NCBI GenBank assembly: GCA_029977225.1
Contig: JAPOLH010000001.1
Span: 1-57,782 of the forward strand
Length of the DNA: 57,782 nt
Source: Verrucomicrobiaceae bacterium
Lineage (GTDB): Bacteria > Verrucomicrobiota > Verrucomicrobiia > Verrucomicrobiales > Akkermansiaceae
Reading direction: 5' to 3'
The position numbers were made by a program, and so were the translations under genes. Positions 1-9,213 of this stretch are shown piece by piece. The notes under the pieces are model-generated. The model did no database searches, was not told where the DNA came from, and saw only the letters and a program-made list of their open reading frames with translations. Position 1 is the first letter of the stretch, and the number at the start of each line of letters is the position of its first letter.

Positions 1-489
1 CTTGCCACGTTGCTGCAAGGCGTCCTGATAGCGTCGAGCCATTTCGAGAAGCCGGTTGTGAGCCGCGGGCGATGTGTCCACAGCCCCCAGTCGCTCAACC
101 GTCCAGCCTTCGCCCAGTTGTCCCAGTTGATGAGTGAGCTCTCGTCGAAGTTCGCTGGAACGATCCTCCGCCGTTCGGATCTGCTGATCAATCTGACGCA
201 GCCAGCTGGACTGATCCACAAGACTCTGAATGGCGTAACGCTCTTTTTCGAAGGACTGGTCGGTCTGCAGCCGTTCGGCCTGCGTCTTCAACTGAGCGGC
301 CTGTTCGTTCAGGCGATCCCTGCGGGAATTCGCGTCCTGCAGATCCTTCTCAGCAGCAGCAAACTGTTTGAGGGACTCGGCGGGATCACCCAGCACTGTC
401 GGCAGCTTCGCCAGCTCTTCCTTCAGTTCCTGAGTCCGCTTCCACGGTTTGTGGCAGTTCTGCAGAAATCTCAGGCCTTTGAGCTCATT
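1..489 (-). CDS. Internal fragment of a long coiled-coil protein (YhaN/AAA_27 SMC-like ATPase style); partial at both ends
   Basis: The minus frame reads NELKGLRFLQNCHKPWKRTQELKEELAKLP...DLQDANSRRDRLNEQAAQLKTQAERL...LGEGWTVERLGAVDTSPAAHNRLLEMARRYQDALQQRGK and runs off the window edge. Composition is coiled-coil. The + ORF over this stretch reads like an antisense shadow. Family is by resemblance only. Confidence 0.55.
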
Positions 490-1257
490 GCATCCTCCGC
501 AGTGCTGGTTTTTCAGAACGGCCGGACGGTGCCGCTCAATGCTGTTGATGTCGTACAGGACAAAGTCGTCATTAAGGCCGCCGCGGTTGGCTTCAACCCG
601 GGGCAGGCTTTTCCACTGGCGGCCGTAAGCCACGTCTTTGGCGAAAGACCGCCAGAGTTGAATCAAGCCATAGCTCTTTTGCTTGTTGAGAAACCTCAGG
701 AGGCGATCGCCAAGCTCGAGCCAGTGGCCGCGACCCATCGTGTTTCGGCAAAGATCGCGGGCAATTTCTGGACCGAGTCGGCCCGCGCCCTGCTCGTCGC
801 CTATGCATTGATGGGGGATTCGGCACGCGCGACTCAGATCGGCAAAGACATCTCTGACTCGACCCCGGCCCAGGGCAGCGATCCTTTTGTTTCGCTCGGC
901 AAGGCCTTGCTGATGTCTTCGAGCGCAAGCTTCGAGGACCGCGACATGGCACTCAAGGACATGACGACCGACAACCTGCCTGCCGATGTTGCGGCTTATG
1001 CCACTTTCTTCCGTGCCAAGCTGCTCAAGGAGCAAAAGAAAAACCCCGAAGCACTCCAAGCGTATCTCGCGGTTCCGGGTCTTTACCCTGCGGGTGGACT
1101 CATCATCAATGCGGCCGCGGAAATCCATGCCGCAAGCCTGCTCGAGATACTCAACCGCCGGGATGAGGCAGGCGTGTTGGTCAAATCGGCACTTCTTGTC
1201 TGCCAAGGAACGATTTTAGCCGAACAAGCCAACAAGCTCCTTGAATCATTGAAATAA
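490..1257 (+). CDS. TPR-like alpha-helical protein, 5' truncated, first gene of the exbBD cluster
   Basis: 3' part of ORF 10..1257. Helical repeats such as YATFFRAKLLKEQKKNPEALQAYLAVPGLYP. Protein-like sequence begins only near 490. Confidence 0.6.
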   Translation, partial: ASSAVLVFQNGRTVPLNAVDVVQDKVVIKAAAVGFNPGQAFPLAAVSHVFGERPPELNQAIALLLVEKPQEAIAKLEPVAATHRVSAKIAGNFWTESARALLVAYALMGDSARATQIGKDISDSTPAQGSDPFVSLGKALLMSSSASFEDRDMALKDMTTDNLPADVAAYATFFRAKLLKEQKKNPEALQAYLAVPGLYPAGGLIINAAAEIHAASLLEILNRRDEAGVLVKSALLVCQGTILAEQANKLLESLK

Positions 1258-1299
1258 CCATTCATCCTAAATCCACAAACATCTTATCAAACGACTGCC

Positions 1300-2106
1300 A
1301 TGAAATCCACCATCCGCCAAGCCGCACTCACCGCGCTTCTGCTGTTTCCCGCGACCGTATACGCATCCGCGCCTAAGGCCGGCGTCACCGAAAAAACCAT
1401 TCTCGACACCTACCACGAAGGCGGCTGGGTCATGCACTTCCTCTTGGTTTTCTCGATCGCCATGATGTGGCTCATCATCGACATCTGGATGCGCACCAAC
1501 AGCAAGAAGATGACGCCGGTTGAGGATGTCGCGACCGTTCAGGGCCTCTTCCGCTCGGGCGATTATGTCGGTGCCTATCAGGCAATGAAGGCAAGCTTCA
1601 GCCCCTTTGCCGAGGTGATGCGCGCCGGTCTCGGTTCGGTCGGCTATGGCAAGGAAGCGACTGAGGAAGCCCTGTACGCCACGACAGAAAAGATCAACTC
1701 GATGCTGCAAACCCGGATCAACTACCTTTCGGTTATTGGTGTTTGCGCGCCGATGGTTGGTCTGCTCGGAACCGTGGGTGGCATGAAAGGCGCTTTCGGT
1801 AGCCTTGGCTCCGGTGGCCTTTCCAGCGGCGTGGGCGAGCTTGCCGGTCACATCGGTGAGGTGCTTGTCGCGACGGCTACCGGTCTGCTCGTGGCCATTC
1901 CCGCGTTCATGGCTTTCTATTTCCTGCGCAACAAACTCCAAGGCGCCGTTCACCACCTCCACGAGGAAAGCGAACGCATCTTCCGCAACGCGCCCTACGA
2001 ATACCTTAAGGATGCCGATGTCGGCCAAGAGGAAACCTATGCCGCATTGCCGAACTGGGTCCAGGGCTCGGAAGCTGTGGAAGGCGCGGAAGCTGCCGAG
2101 GCATGA
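1300..2106 (+). CDS. exbB: MotA/TolQ/ExbB proton channel protein
   Basis: Signal-like N-terminus, GGWVM TM start, and the APMVGLLGTVGGM and LVATATGLLVAIPA motifs. Confidence 0.9.
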   Translation: MKSTIRQAALTALLLFPATVYASAPKAGVTEKTILDTYHEGGWVMHFLLVFSIAMMWLIIDIWMRTNSKKMTPVEDVATVQGLFRSGDYVGAYQAMKASFSPFAEVMRAGLGSVGYGKEATEEALYATTEKINSMLQTRINYLSVIGVCAPMVGLLGTVGGMKGAFGSLGSGGLSSGVGELAGHIGEVLVATATGLLVAIPAFMAFYFLRNKLQGAVHHLHEESERIFRNAPYEYLKDADVGQEETYAALPNWVQGSEAVEGAEAAEA

Positions 2107-2153
2107 GCCCCGCAATTCAGATATTTTTCAACAACCCATAAACAACTGATACT

Positions 2154-2588
2154 ATGGCCGGTGGTGGTGGTGGAGGAGACGGGGAACCTGAGTTCCAGAT
2201 TGCTCCCATGATCGACGTGCTGCTCGTGCTGCTTGTCTTCTTCGTCATGATCACCTCCGCGGAGGTGCTTAAGGTCGACAAGAACCTCAAGCTGCCCGTT
2301 TCGCCAAACGCCAAACAGCGCGAACCCGAGATGGCCAAGCACGAAATGGCGGTCAACCTCCGCCACGATGCAGCGACCAACAAAGGCGTGCTTGTCGTCG
2401 ACGATCGGATTTTCAACGACTGGCAAGAGGTCGTTCCGATCTTGCAAGACAAGCGCCAACGCGATCCGAAGCTGCGCATTGTCGTTCGCGGCGATGCGGC
2501 TGTGCCCGCTGGTGAGATTCAGAAGGTCATGAATGTCATCGGCGAAGCTGGCATTGCAGATATCGCATTCGCCTCGTCCAACAAGTGA
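2154..2588 (+). CDS. exbD: ExbD/TolR biopolymer transport protein
   Basis: IAPMIDVLLVLLVFF TM segment with the conserved Asp; IVVRGD motif in the periplasmic domain. Confidence 0.9.
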   Translation: MAGGGGGGDGEPEFQIAPMIDVLLVLLVFFVMITSAEVLKVDKNLKLPVSPNAKQREPEMAKHEMAVNLRHDAATNKGVLVVDDRIFNDWQEVVPILQDKRQRDPKLRIVVRGDAAVPAGEIQKVMNVIGEAGIADIAFASSNK

Positions 2589-2595
2589 CACCCCC

Positions 2596-3051
2596 ATGAG
2601 CAGTCGCCGTCACCGCCGGAAAGCCAACGCCGAAGTCAACCTCGGGTTCCAGATCGCGCCGATGATCGACGTGGTTTTCGTGATTCTTCTCTTCTTCATC
2701 GTGTCGGCAAGCGACATCCAGGTGGAAAATTCGCACGTCACGAAACTTCCCGGCACGGTCGAAACCCAGAGCGATACCCCGACACCCGACGAGATCGCCG
2801 TCAGCATCGAGGACGACGGGCAGGTGTTCCTCAACGACGACCCGCTCGACACGCCCGAAGCCAAGTTGTTGCCCGAGTTGGCCAGCAACCTCACCCAACT
2901 TCGCGAAAGCAGCGCCGCTTCAAAATCCGAAGTGCTCGTGACAATCTACGCCAACGAACTTGCACGCTACGAAAGGGTGGTCGATGTTCTCGATGCCTTG
3001 AGTCGCGCCAAAATCACCAATGTCAGCTTCCAGGCCGGAAGCCCGGAATAA
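2596..3051 (+). CDS. exbD: Second ExbD/TolR protein
   Basis: ATG at 2596 (MSSRRHRR). IAPMIDVVFVILLFF motif; C-terminal YERVVDVLDAL. Confidence 0.88.
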   Translation: MSSRRHRRKANAEVNLGFQIAPMIDVVFVILLFFIVSASDIQVENSHVTKLPGTVETQSDTPTPDEIAVSIEDDGQVFLNDDPLDTPEAKLLPELASNLTQLRESSAASKSEVLVTIYANELARYERVVDVLDALSRAKITNVSFQAGSPE

Positions 3052-3094
3052 GTCCTTTTTTCGGCTCGGCCTGCACGCCCCCCTTACCGCCAAC

Positions 3095-4687
3095 ATGGAA
3101 AATCACGATAGCGAGGAGAATGTCGTCCATCACGACGAGCACCACATCCCGATCACACCCAAGAAGCAGACTTGGTGGATGAAGCTCGGTGGTGGCTCGC
3201 TGATGATTGCGGCCTTGGTTCACGCCGTGCTCTTCATTGCGGGCGGATTCTGGGTTTATCAGGTGATCGTCGAAGCCGAGAAAAAAGTCGACTTCATGCC
3301 GGCTGGCAGTGGCGGTGGTGGCGAGCGTAGCGCACAAACCAAGGTCCAGCAGAAAAAGCGCCAGCAAATCACCCCCTCGACCAATGTGAAGCGAGTCTTT
3401 GCCGAAGGCGCGACCTCATCCTACTCGATTCCAGATCCGGGTGACAGCTTTGGCGAGATGTCCGCGCTTGCATCGTTGGGTGGTGGCGGAATGGGCGGTG
3501 GCGGATTGGGTGGTGGCATAGGGCAGTCCTTCGGAAAAGGTGATGGCCTCGGCGGTGGCACCGGCATCGGCAAGGGTGGTGGCGTTGGCAAACTTTTCGG
3601 CCTCATCCCTGAAACCATGCGCAAACGCTGCTCAAAAGAGGACCGCTTGCAACGCCTTAAGGAAAATGGCGGCACCCCCGCTTGCGAGGAAGCCACGCTC
3701 AAGGGCCTTCGCTGGCTCAAGGCAAACCAGTCGCGCGACGGATCATGGGGCCACCCACCTGTGGGGATGACCGGGCTTGTCCTGCTGGCTTACTTTGGCC
3801 ACTGCGAAACACCGGCCTCGGATGAATTCGGCGACTCTTGCCTCAAGGGCATCGTTTATCTCGTCGATAAAGGGATGAAGAACAACGGCACGCTGGCCAC
3901 CGCGTATACCAGTCACGCTTGGTGCTACGAGCACGCTATCGCTACCTACGCTCTCGCCGAGGCGCTGACTTTCTGTAAGGAGATGAAATTGGTGGTACCT
4001 AACCTCGCCGAGGTGGCTGAAAAGGCAGGGCAATTCATCATCGACAACCAGCACAAGAACGGCGGATGGGCCTATGGTTACGAAGACTCCGAGAAGGCCC
4101 ACACCGACACCTCGGTCACCGGTTGGCATGTCCAAGCACTCAAGGCTTTGAGTCATACTCCAATCCAGTTCAAGGGCATGCAATCCACCATCAACAAGGC
4201 CCTTGATTACATGAATGAGTGTCAGGATGAGAGTGGTGGCTATGGATATTCAACCAAGCATTCTCATCATGCCGACTATCACACGCTTACGGGAGTCGGC
4301 ATGCTGGCAAACCAGATGTGGGGCAGGGGCGGCCGAGGCGAGGTTCGCAAAGCGACCAAATACATTCTCGAAAACTCGAAATTTACTTACTTCGACATAT
4401 ACTGCGACCTCTACGGTCACTACTACGAATCGCAGGCCATGATGCAGGTCGGTGGCGAGGCCTGGGAAAAATACAACGCCATGTTCCGCGACGAGCTGTT
4501 GAAAGGCCAGGACACCGACGGGTCTTGGAAAACACCCGGAAGCCCTAAAGGTGAAAAAATACGTGCGGTTGGTGCCAACTTCGTCCAAAACAAGGTTTAC
4601 CGCACCGCTCTATGCGTGCTGATGCTCGAGGTTTATTACCGCTTCCTCAGTACCGACAGTGGCGGCAAGCGCCATTCGGGCATCTGA
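3095..4687 (+). CDS. Membrane-anchored prenyltransferase/squalene-oxidase (QW) repeat protein
   Basis: N-terminal TM helix, Gly-rich linker, then repeats WLKANQSRDGSW, FIIDNQHKNGGW, YMNECQDESGGY and LLKGQDTDGSW. Confidence 0.8.
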   Translation: MENHDSEENVVHHDEHHIPITPKKQTWWMKLGGGSLMIAALVHAVLFIAGGFWVYQVIVEAEKKVDFMPAGSGGGGERSAQTKVQQKKRQQITPSTNVKRVFAEGATSSYSIPDPGDSFGEMSALASLGGGGMGGGGLGGGIGQSFGKGDGLGGGTGIGKGGGVGKLFGLIPETMRKRCSKEDRLQRLKENGGTPACEEATLKGLRWLKANQSRDGSWGHPPVGMTGLVLLAYFGHCETPASDEFGDSCLKGIVYLVDKGMKNNGTLATAYTSHAWCYEHAIATYALAEALTFCKEMKLVVPNLAEVAEKAGQFIIDNQHKNGGWAYGYEDSEKAHTDTSVTGWHVQALKALSHTPIQFKGMQSTINKALDYMNECQDESGGYGYSTKHSHHADYHTLTGVGMLANQMWGRGGRGEVRKATKYILENSKFTYFDIYCDLYGHYYESQAMMQVGGEAWEKYNAMFRDELLKGQDTDGSWKTPGSPKGEKIRAVGANFVQNKVYRTALCVLMLEVYYRFLSTDSGGKRHSGI

Positions 4688-4698
4688 TGGGATCTCTC

Positions 4699-4725
4699 AA
4701 AATTCCGCTGGCGGGCGCGGGTTTT
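4699..4725 (+). terminator. Possible intrinsic terminator after the exbBD cluster
   Basis: AAAATTCCGC...GCGGGTTTT hairpin just after the stop codon. Confidence 0.35.
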
Positions 4726-4776
4726 GGTGGAATGCTCTAGAGCAAAACGCTCTAAAGCCGCCAAGATCCGTCATCA

Positions 4777-6021
4777 ATGAATCGCAAGTCCCTACTGAGT
4801 ACCGCTGCTTTTTTGGTCGTCGCTGTGGTTGGTTTCCAAGTCGGTCGCGTCACTACGGTGTCCAGCTTGGGTGACGCTGCCGACGAAAAGCGGAACAAGC
4901 GCGCAAGCCCGGTGCTGAGAAGTGGAGATGATTCAACGAAGCCCGCCATGCGCAGCGGCTCACGACCGGGGAAGGCACTCTCTCCAGCCGACCGCTTGGC
5001 ACGACTCGAGTCGATCGTCCGCGGCGAAAATCCCTACGAACGCAACCGCGCGCTGCTGGCCTTTCTCGATCGCCTCGCGCCCGGAGATTTTGAAGGTGTC
5101 GTCGATCATTTCCGCGCTCTTGGTATCACCGAAGATCGGCTCGGCGAATATGGCCTGATCCTTGCCGCATGGGCGAAGGCGGATCCGCTCGCCGCATTGG
5201 CCTACGCCAAGGCCAAGACCGAAAATCCCTTCGCCGCCCGCGCGATTCTTGCGAGCTGGGCGACCGAGGACGCTGCAGCAGCAATCCGCTGGGCGCAAAA
5301 CAATCATCAGGGGGATGGTGCGAATCCATGGCTGATCGGCGTCATCCGCGGCATTGCGGCGACCGACATCGAGGGCGCCGCCAATTTGCTCAAATCGATG
5401 CCGCGAAGCGTCGAACGTGGCGAGGCGTTGGATGCCCTTTTGCCACATCTGCTCGCCAAGGGCAATGAGTCCACGCGCACATGGATCGCTGCCATCGATG
5501 ATGATGCTCTGCGCAATGGCGCGATGATGCGCGCCGCCGAAGCAATGGCAAAAACTGATCCTGCCGGCACGGTTGCGTGGCTGATGGAAAATCCGGGCGA
5601 GGCGTTGGACCAGCGACTCGATGATGTCTTCGGCATCTGGGCCAAGCAGGATGAGGCCGCCGCCCGCAACGCGCTCAACACGCTGCCGACCGGAGAAATC
5701 CGCAGCGATGCCTTGCGCGGAGTGGTTACCCGCCTCGCGTTGAACAAGCCGAACGATGCGGTCGCGCTGATGGATCAATATCCCGACGAAGTGAACGACC
5801 GCACGGTGCGCAATTTCATCTGGCACTCATTTGGCAAGGACCCCGCCGCCGCGCTCGGCGAAGTCTCGCGCATCGGCGATGAGGATCGCCGCAACGAAAT
5901 GTATCGCCGCGCCATGAGCGCATGGATGCGCCGCGACGCCACCGCCGCCAGGGCATGGCTCAACTCCAACCCCTTGCCGGAAAGCGCCACCCGCTCGCTG
6001 TCTCAGGATGAAGCTCGGTAA
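4777..6021 (+). CDS. Exported or anchored alpha-helical repeat protein (W-x3-D-P-x-A-A repeats), function unknown
   Basis: N-terminal hydrophobic segment. Repeats include WAKADPLAA, WATEDAAAA, MAKTDPAGT, WAKQDEAAA and WMRRDATAA. Confidence 0.75.
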   Translation: MNRKSLLSTAAFLVVAVVGFQVGRVTTVSSLGDAADEKRNKRASPVLRSGDDSTKPAMRSGSRPGKALSPADRLARLESIVRGENPYERNRALLAFLDRLAPGDFEGVVDHFRALGITEDRLGEYGLILAAWAKADPLAALAYAKAKTENPFAARAILASWATEDAAAAIRWAQNNHQGDGANPWLIGVIRGIAATDIEGAANLLKSMPRSVERGEALDALLPHLLAKGNESTRTWIAAIDDDALRNGAMMRAAEAMAKTDPAGTVAWLMENPGEALDQRLDDVFGIWAKQDEAAARNALNTLPTGEIRSDALRGVVTRLALNKPNDAVALMDQYPDEVNDRTVRNFIWHSFGKDPAAALGEVSRIGDEDRRNEMYRRAMSAWMRRDATAARAWLNSNPLPESATRSLSQDEAR

Positions 6022-6143
6022 AGCGTCGCACGGGCAGGGACCTTTGTCCCAAAGGTCCGCAGAAGGGGCTGCTTGATAAGTCGACATGTGATGTCCCCCC
6101 GCACTCCAGTACTGGGGCATCATGCCCCCCTATGAGCCCCCCT

Positions 6144-7694
6144 TCACCCGCCAAGATGATCGAGCAGGGCCTGCGCTGATCGAGCGGATATCCCTGGCAG
6201 GCTTGCGATTTCTTCGGCGCTTGCGCGGCGGATGCGTGCAACGCTGCCAAACTTTTTGAGCAGGCGTTGTTTTCGCGCCGCCGACATGCCGGGGCAATCG
6301 TCGAGCAAGCTCTCGCGCATGCGCCGACGATAGAGCAACGCGTTGTAGTTGTTGGCAAATCGATGCGCTTCGTCGCGGATTCGCTGCAGCAATTTCAAGG
6401 CACCACGATCATGCGGCAAACGAATCGATTCGCTCCTGCCCGGAACAAAAATTTCCTCATGCTGCTTGGCGAGGCCAATCACCGGCAGATCATGCAATCC
6501 TAGGGCGCGCAGTTCTTTGACCGCCATGCCCAGCTGACCTTTGCCGCCATCGACGATCACCAAATCCGGCAGCACGATCCGCGCCCGACCCTCACACGCC
6601 AAGCGCCGCAAGGCCTCGACCGCATTCTCTTGCGAGTCGGCGATGTCCGGTGCCGCGCCGACATTTTCCAACAGGATGCGCGAGTAGCGTCTGCGGATGA
6701 CTTCGGCCATCGATGCGAAATCATCCTGACCCTCGACGGTCTTGATGCGATAGCGCCGGTAGTTTTGGTTGTCGGGCCTGCCATCGGTGAAGCGCACCAT
6801 CGACGCGACGATGTGATTGGAGGAAACATTCGAGATATCGAAGCATTCCATCACGCGCGGTGGCCCAGCGAGGCCAAGCTCTTCGCCAAGCTCGGCGAGA
6901 TCTTCGAGCGGCTTCACCGTGCTCGGCAGTCCGCGCCCGCGGCTGAACTGTCGCGTTGGCGTGAGCGTTTTTTCCAAGTTTTGCAAAATGTCGCGCAGCG
7001 TTGCGGCGCGCTCGAAATCCATCGCCTCGGCCGATGCCTCCATGTCCTTGCGCAGTCCGTCGAACAATCCACGCTTGCCCTTGCCCTCAAGGATCCGACA
7101 TGCCTCTTCGACCTTCGCGAGATATTCATCGCGCGAGATGCGCCCGACGCAGGGCGCCGAGCAGTTGCGGATGATGTCGGCATTGCAGTGGCGGTACTCC
7201 GCTTCGCCGGGATCGGTCGGTCGGCACACGCGCAGACCCAAACTGCGGTTGAGCCACTCGAGCGTGTGGTTCAACGCACTCGAATGCGGAAAGGGCCCGA
7301 AGTATTTTGAGCCATCTTCTTTTCTCACCCGCGTCGTCACAAAGCGCGGCCACGGATCCGCCAAGCGCACGCGCGCGAGCAGGAAGCGTTTGTCATCGCG
7401 AAACGCGACATTGTAGCGCGGCCGGTAGTCCTTGATGAGCTTGCCCTCGAGCAACAGCGACTCCTCCTCGTTGCGCACGACATGGATCTCGAAATCATGG
7501 ATCGAATCAATCAGCGCGCGGGTCTTGATGTCGGCCCGCATCTTGCGCGAAGGCATGAAATAACTCGAGACCCGCCGCTTGAGGTCGCGCGCTTTGCCGA
7601 CATAGATGATCGAGCCCAGATGGTCCTTCATCAGGTAGACCCCGGGTTGATGGGGCACCTCGCGGAGCTTGATCCTGAAATTCGCTGCACTCAT
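6144..7694 (-). CDS. uvrC: Excinuclease ABC subunit C
   Basis: GIY-YIG domain (PGVYLMKD..IIYVGKARDL), Cys cluster, UVR coil (MDFERAATLRD), ECFDISN, IVDGGKGQ, RDEAHRFA and a C-terminal HhH. Start taken at MSAANF. Confidence 0.95.
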   Translation of the reverse strand: MSAANFRIKLREVPHQPGVYLMKDHLGSIIYVGKARDLKRRVSSYFMPSRKMRADIKTRALIDSIHDFEIHVVRNEEESLLLEGKLIKDYRPRYNVAFRDDKRFLLARVRLADPWPRFVTTRVRKEDGSKYFGPFPHSSALNHTLEWLNRSLGLRVCRPTDPGEAEYRHCNADIIRNCSAPCVGRISRDEYLAKVEEACRILEGKGKRGLFDGLRKDMEASAEAMDFERAATLRDILQNLEKTLTPTRQFSRGRGLPSTVKPLEDLAELGEELGLAGPPRVMECFDISNVSSNHIVASMVRFTDGRPDNQNYRRYRIKTVEGQDDFASMAEVIRRRYSRILLENVGAAPDIADSQENAVEALRRLACEGRARIVLPDLVIVDGGKGQLGMAVKELRALGLHDLPVIGLAKQHEEIFVPGRSESIRLPHDRGALKLLQRIRDEAHRFANNYNALLYRRRMRESLLDDCPGMSAARKQRLLKKFGSVARIRRASAEEIASLPGISARSAQALLDHLGG

Positions 7695-7842
7695 GAAACC
7701 GGCCTGAATCCCCATCGAATGCCAGATTGACGGAAATTCAACCGCAAAGCCTGGGAAAATCTTGCGGATTTTGCCGACAAATTTGACATCGCGCGGCATT
7801 CCCATTCGTGCGAGGCTTCCGCCGCAAGCTCATTCCCGTTTC

Positions 7843-8280
7843 ATGAAAATTTCCACCGCCCCATCCACCCGTCGCCGCAAAGGTTTCACCCTCCTCGAAA
7901 TGGTCATCGTGCTCGGGATCATCGCCATGATCCTCGGCGGCGCGATCTTCGCGATGCGCGGCATCGGCGATGCGGCCAAACTCAAGCAGGTCGAGGCCGA
8001 CTTCAAGAGCCTCGAAAGCGCGCTGCAAATGTACAAGCTCAACGCCGGCAGCTACCCGACCAGCCAGCAAGGCCTCAAGTCCCTCAAGGAAAAGCCAACC
8101 AGCACGCCGGTGCCGCGACGCTGGGTGCAAGTCATGAGCAAGATCCCGCTCGACCCATGGGACTCGCCCTACAACTACCGCTTTCCCGGCCGCAAGCGCG
8201 TGAACGAATTCGAGATCCTGAGCAAGGGTCCCGATGGCATGGAAAACACTCCCGATGACCTCAGCAGTCAAGACGACTGA
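7843..8280 (+). CDS. gspG: T2SS major pseudopilin GspG
   Basis: Prepilin site KGFTLLEM; LQMYKLNAGSYPTSQQGL; DPWDSPYNY; SKGPDG. Confidence 0.92.
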   Translation: MKISTAPSTRRRKGFTLLEMVIVLGIIAMILGGAIFAMRGIGDAAKLKQVEADFKSLESALQMYKLNAGSYPTSQQGLKSLKEKPTSTPVPRRWVQVMSKIPLDPWDSPYNYRFPGRKRVNEFEILSKGPDGMENTPDDLSSQDD

Positions 8281-8806
8281 CCTCCGCCGCGGATTCACGC
8301 TCATCGAACTTGTCGTCGTACTCGCAATCGCGGCCGTCGTCATGGGCGGCGCGGTGGGTCTGATGGTTTATTCATCCGACGAGCATTCGCTGCGTCGCGC
8401 GTCGGGAGAAATCGAGTTGCTCGCCAAGCGCGCGCGGGTCACATCGATGCTGCATCAGACGCCGTATGCCTTGGAGTTTCGCGCCGACCGCGTGCGCATG
8501 CTGCCACTTGCTGAGGCGGGCCGACCTTTGCGGAAATCCAAAAAACGCGACGCAGAAATCCAAAGCGACGAATCCGCCACACGTGAAGAATTTCGCCTTA
8601 AGGATGACATGAGCGTGTTCGTGCGTCGCTGGGATTCGAATGAGTGGCTCGATACCGTGAAGGAAGATGTGCACATATGGCGCTTTGATCCCGATGGTCT
8701 CTGCGAACCGCTTTCCGTGAAACTGGCGCTTGATCAAAGTTGGTCGGCCGACACCTACGAACCGCTCACCGCCGCCATCCGCGAAAGCGAACTCGAAGCA
8801 CGATGA
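8255..8806 (+). CDS. gspH: Minor pseudopilin, GspH-like
   Basis: RGFTLIELVVVLAI prepilin motif; WRFDPDG; directly follows gspG. Confidence 0.7.
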   Translation: MTSAVKTTDLRRGFTLIELVVVLAIAAVVMGGAVGLMVYSSDEHSLRRASGEIELLAKRARVTSMLHQTPYALEFRADRVRMLPLAEAGRPLRKSKKRDAEIQSDESATREEFRLKDDMSVFVRRWDSNEWLDTVKEDVHIWRFDPDGLCEPLSVKLALDQSWSADTYEPLTAAIRESELEAR

Positions 8807-9213
8807 ACGCCATCAATCCGATTCGGAAGTCTGGCTTCCTGCTGCTCGAGATGGTGCTCGCCCTCGCTGTTTTCGGCATGGCCGCGACGGGATTCACCGT
8901 TGCCCTCAACCGCATGGCAGCCACCGCGTCGCTCGCACAAAGTGAGTTGCGCATCACGCGCATTCTCGACAGCGCACTTGAGGAAGCACTTTCACAACCG
9001 ACGATCGAGGAAGGCTCCGATACGATCGAGATCGGCGAAACCGGCGTGGAGCTCGAGACGAACATCGAACGCATCGAAGATTTGCTCAACGAGGACGGCC
9101 AGCAACTGCAGGACATGTTTCGGATCCGCATCCATGCAAAGTGGATCGAGAACGGCCAATCGCAGGAGCGCAGCGCCGAAACCTGGCGCTACGGCATGAT
9201 GTACCAGCCATGA
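8803..9213 (+). CDS. gspI: Minor pseudopilin, GspI-like
   Basis: SGFLLLEMVLALAVF prepilin motif; ATGA overlap with the previous gene. Confidence 0.7.
   Translation: MNAINPIRKSGFLLLEMVLALAVFGMAATGFTVALNRMAATASLAQSELRITRILDSALEEALSQPTIEEGSDTIEIGETGVELETNIERIEDLLNEDGQQLQDMFRIRIHAKWIENGQSQERSAETWRYGMMYQP

Noticed and set aside
10-1257. 415-aa ORF as a single gene
   Set aside because: The first ~160 aa are the antisense shadow of a minus-strand coding fragment; only the 3' part looks like a real protein.
3480-3590. GGC/GGT-rich repetitive DNA as a repeat array
   Set aside because: It encodes the Gly-rich linker of the QW-repeat protein.
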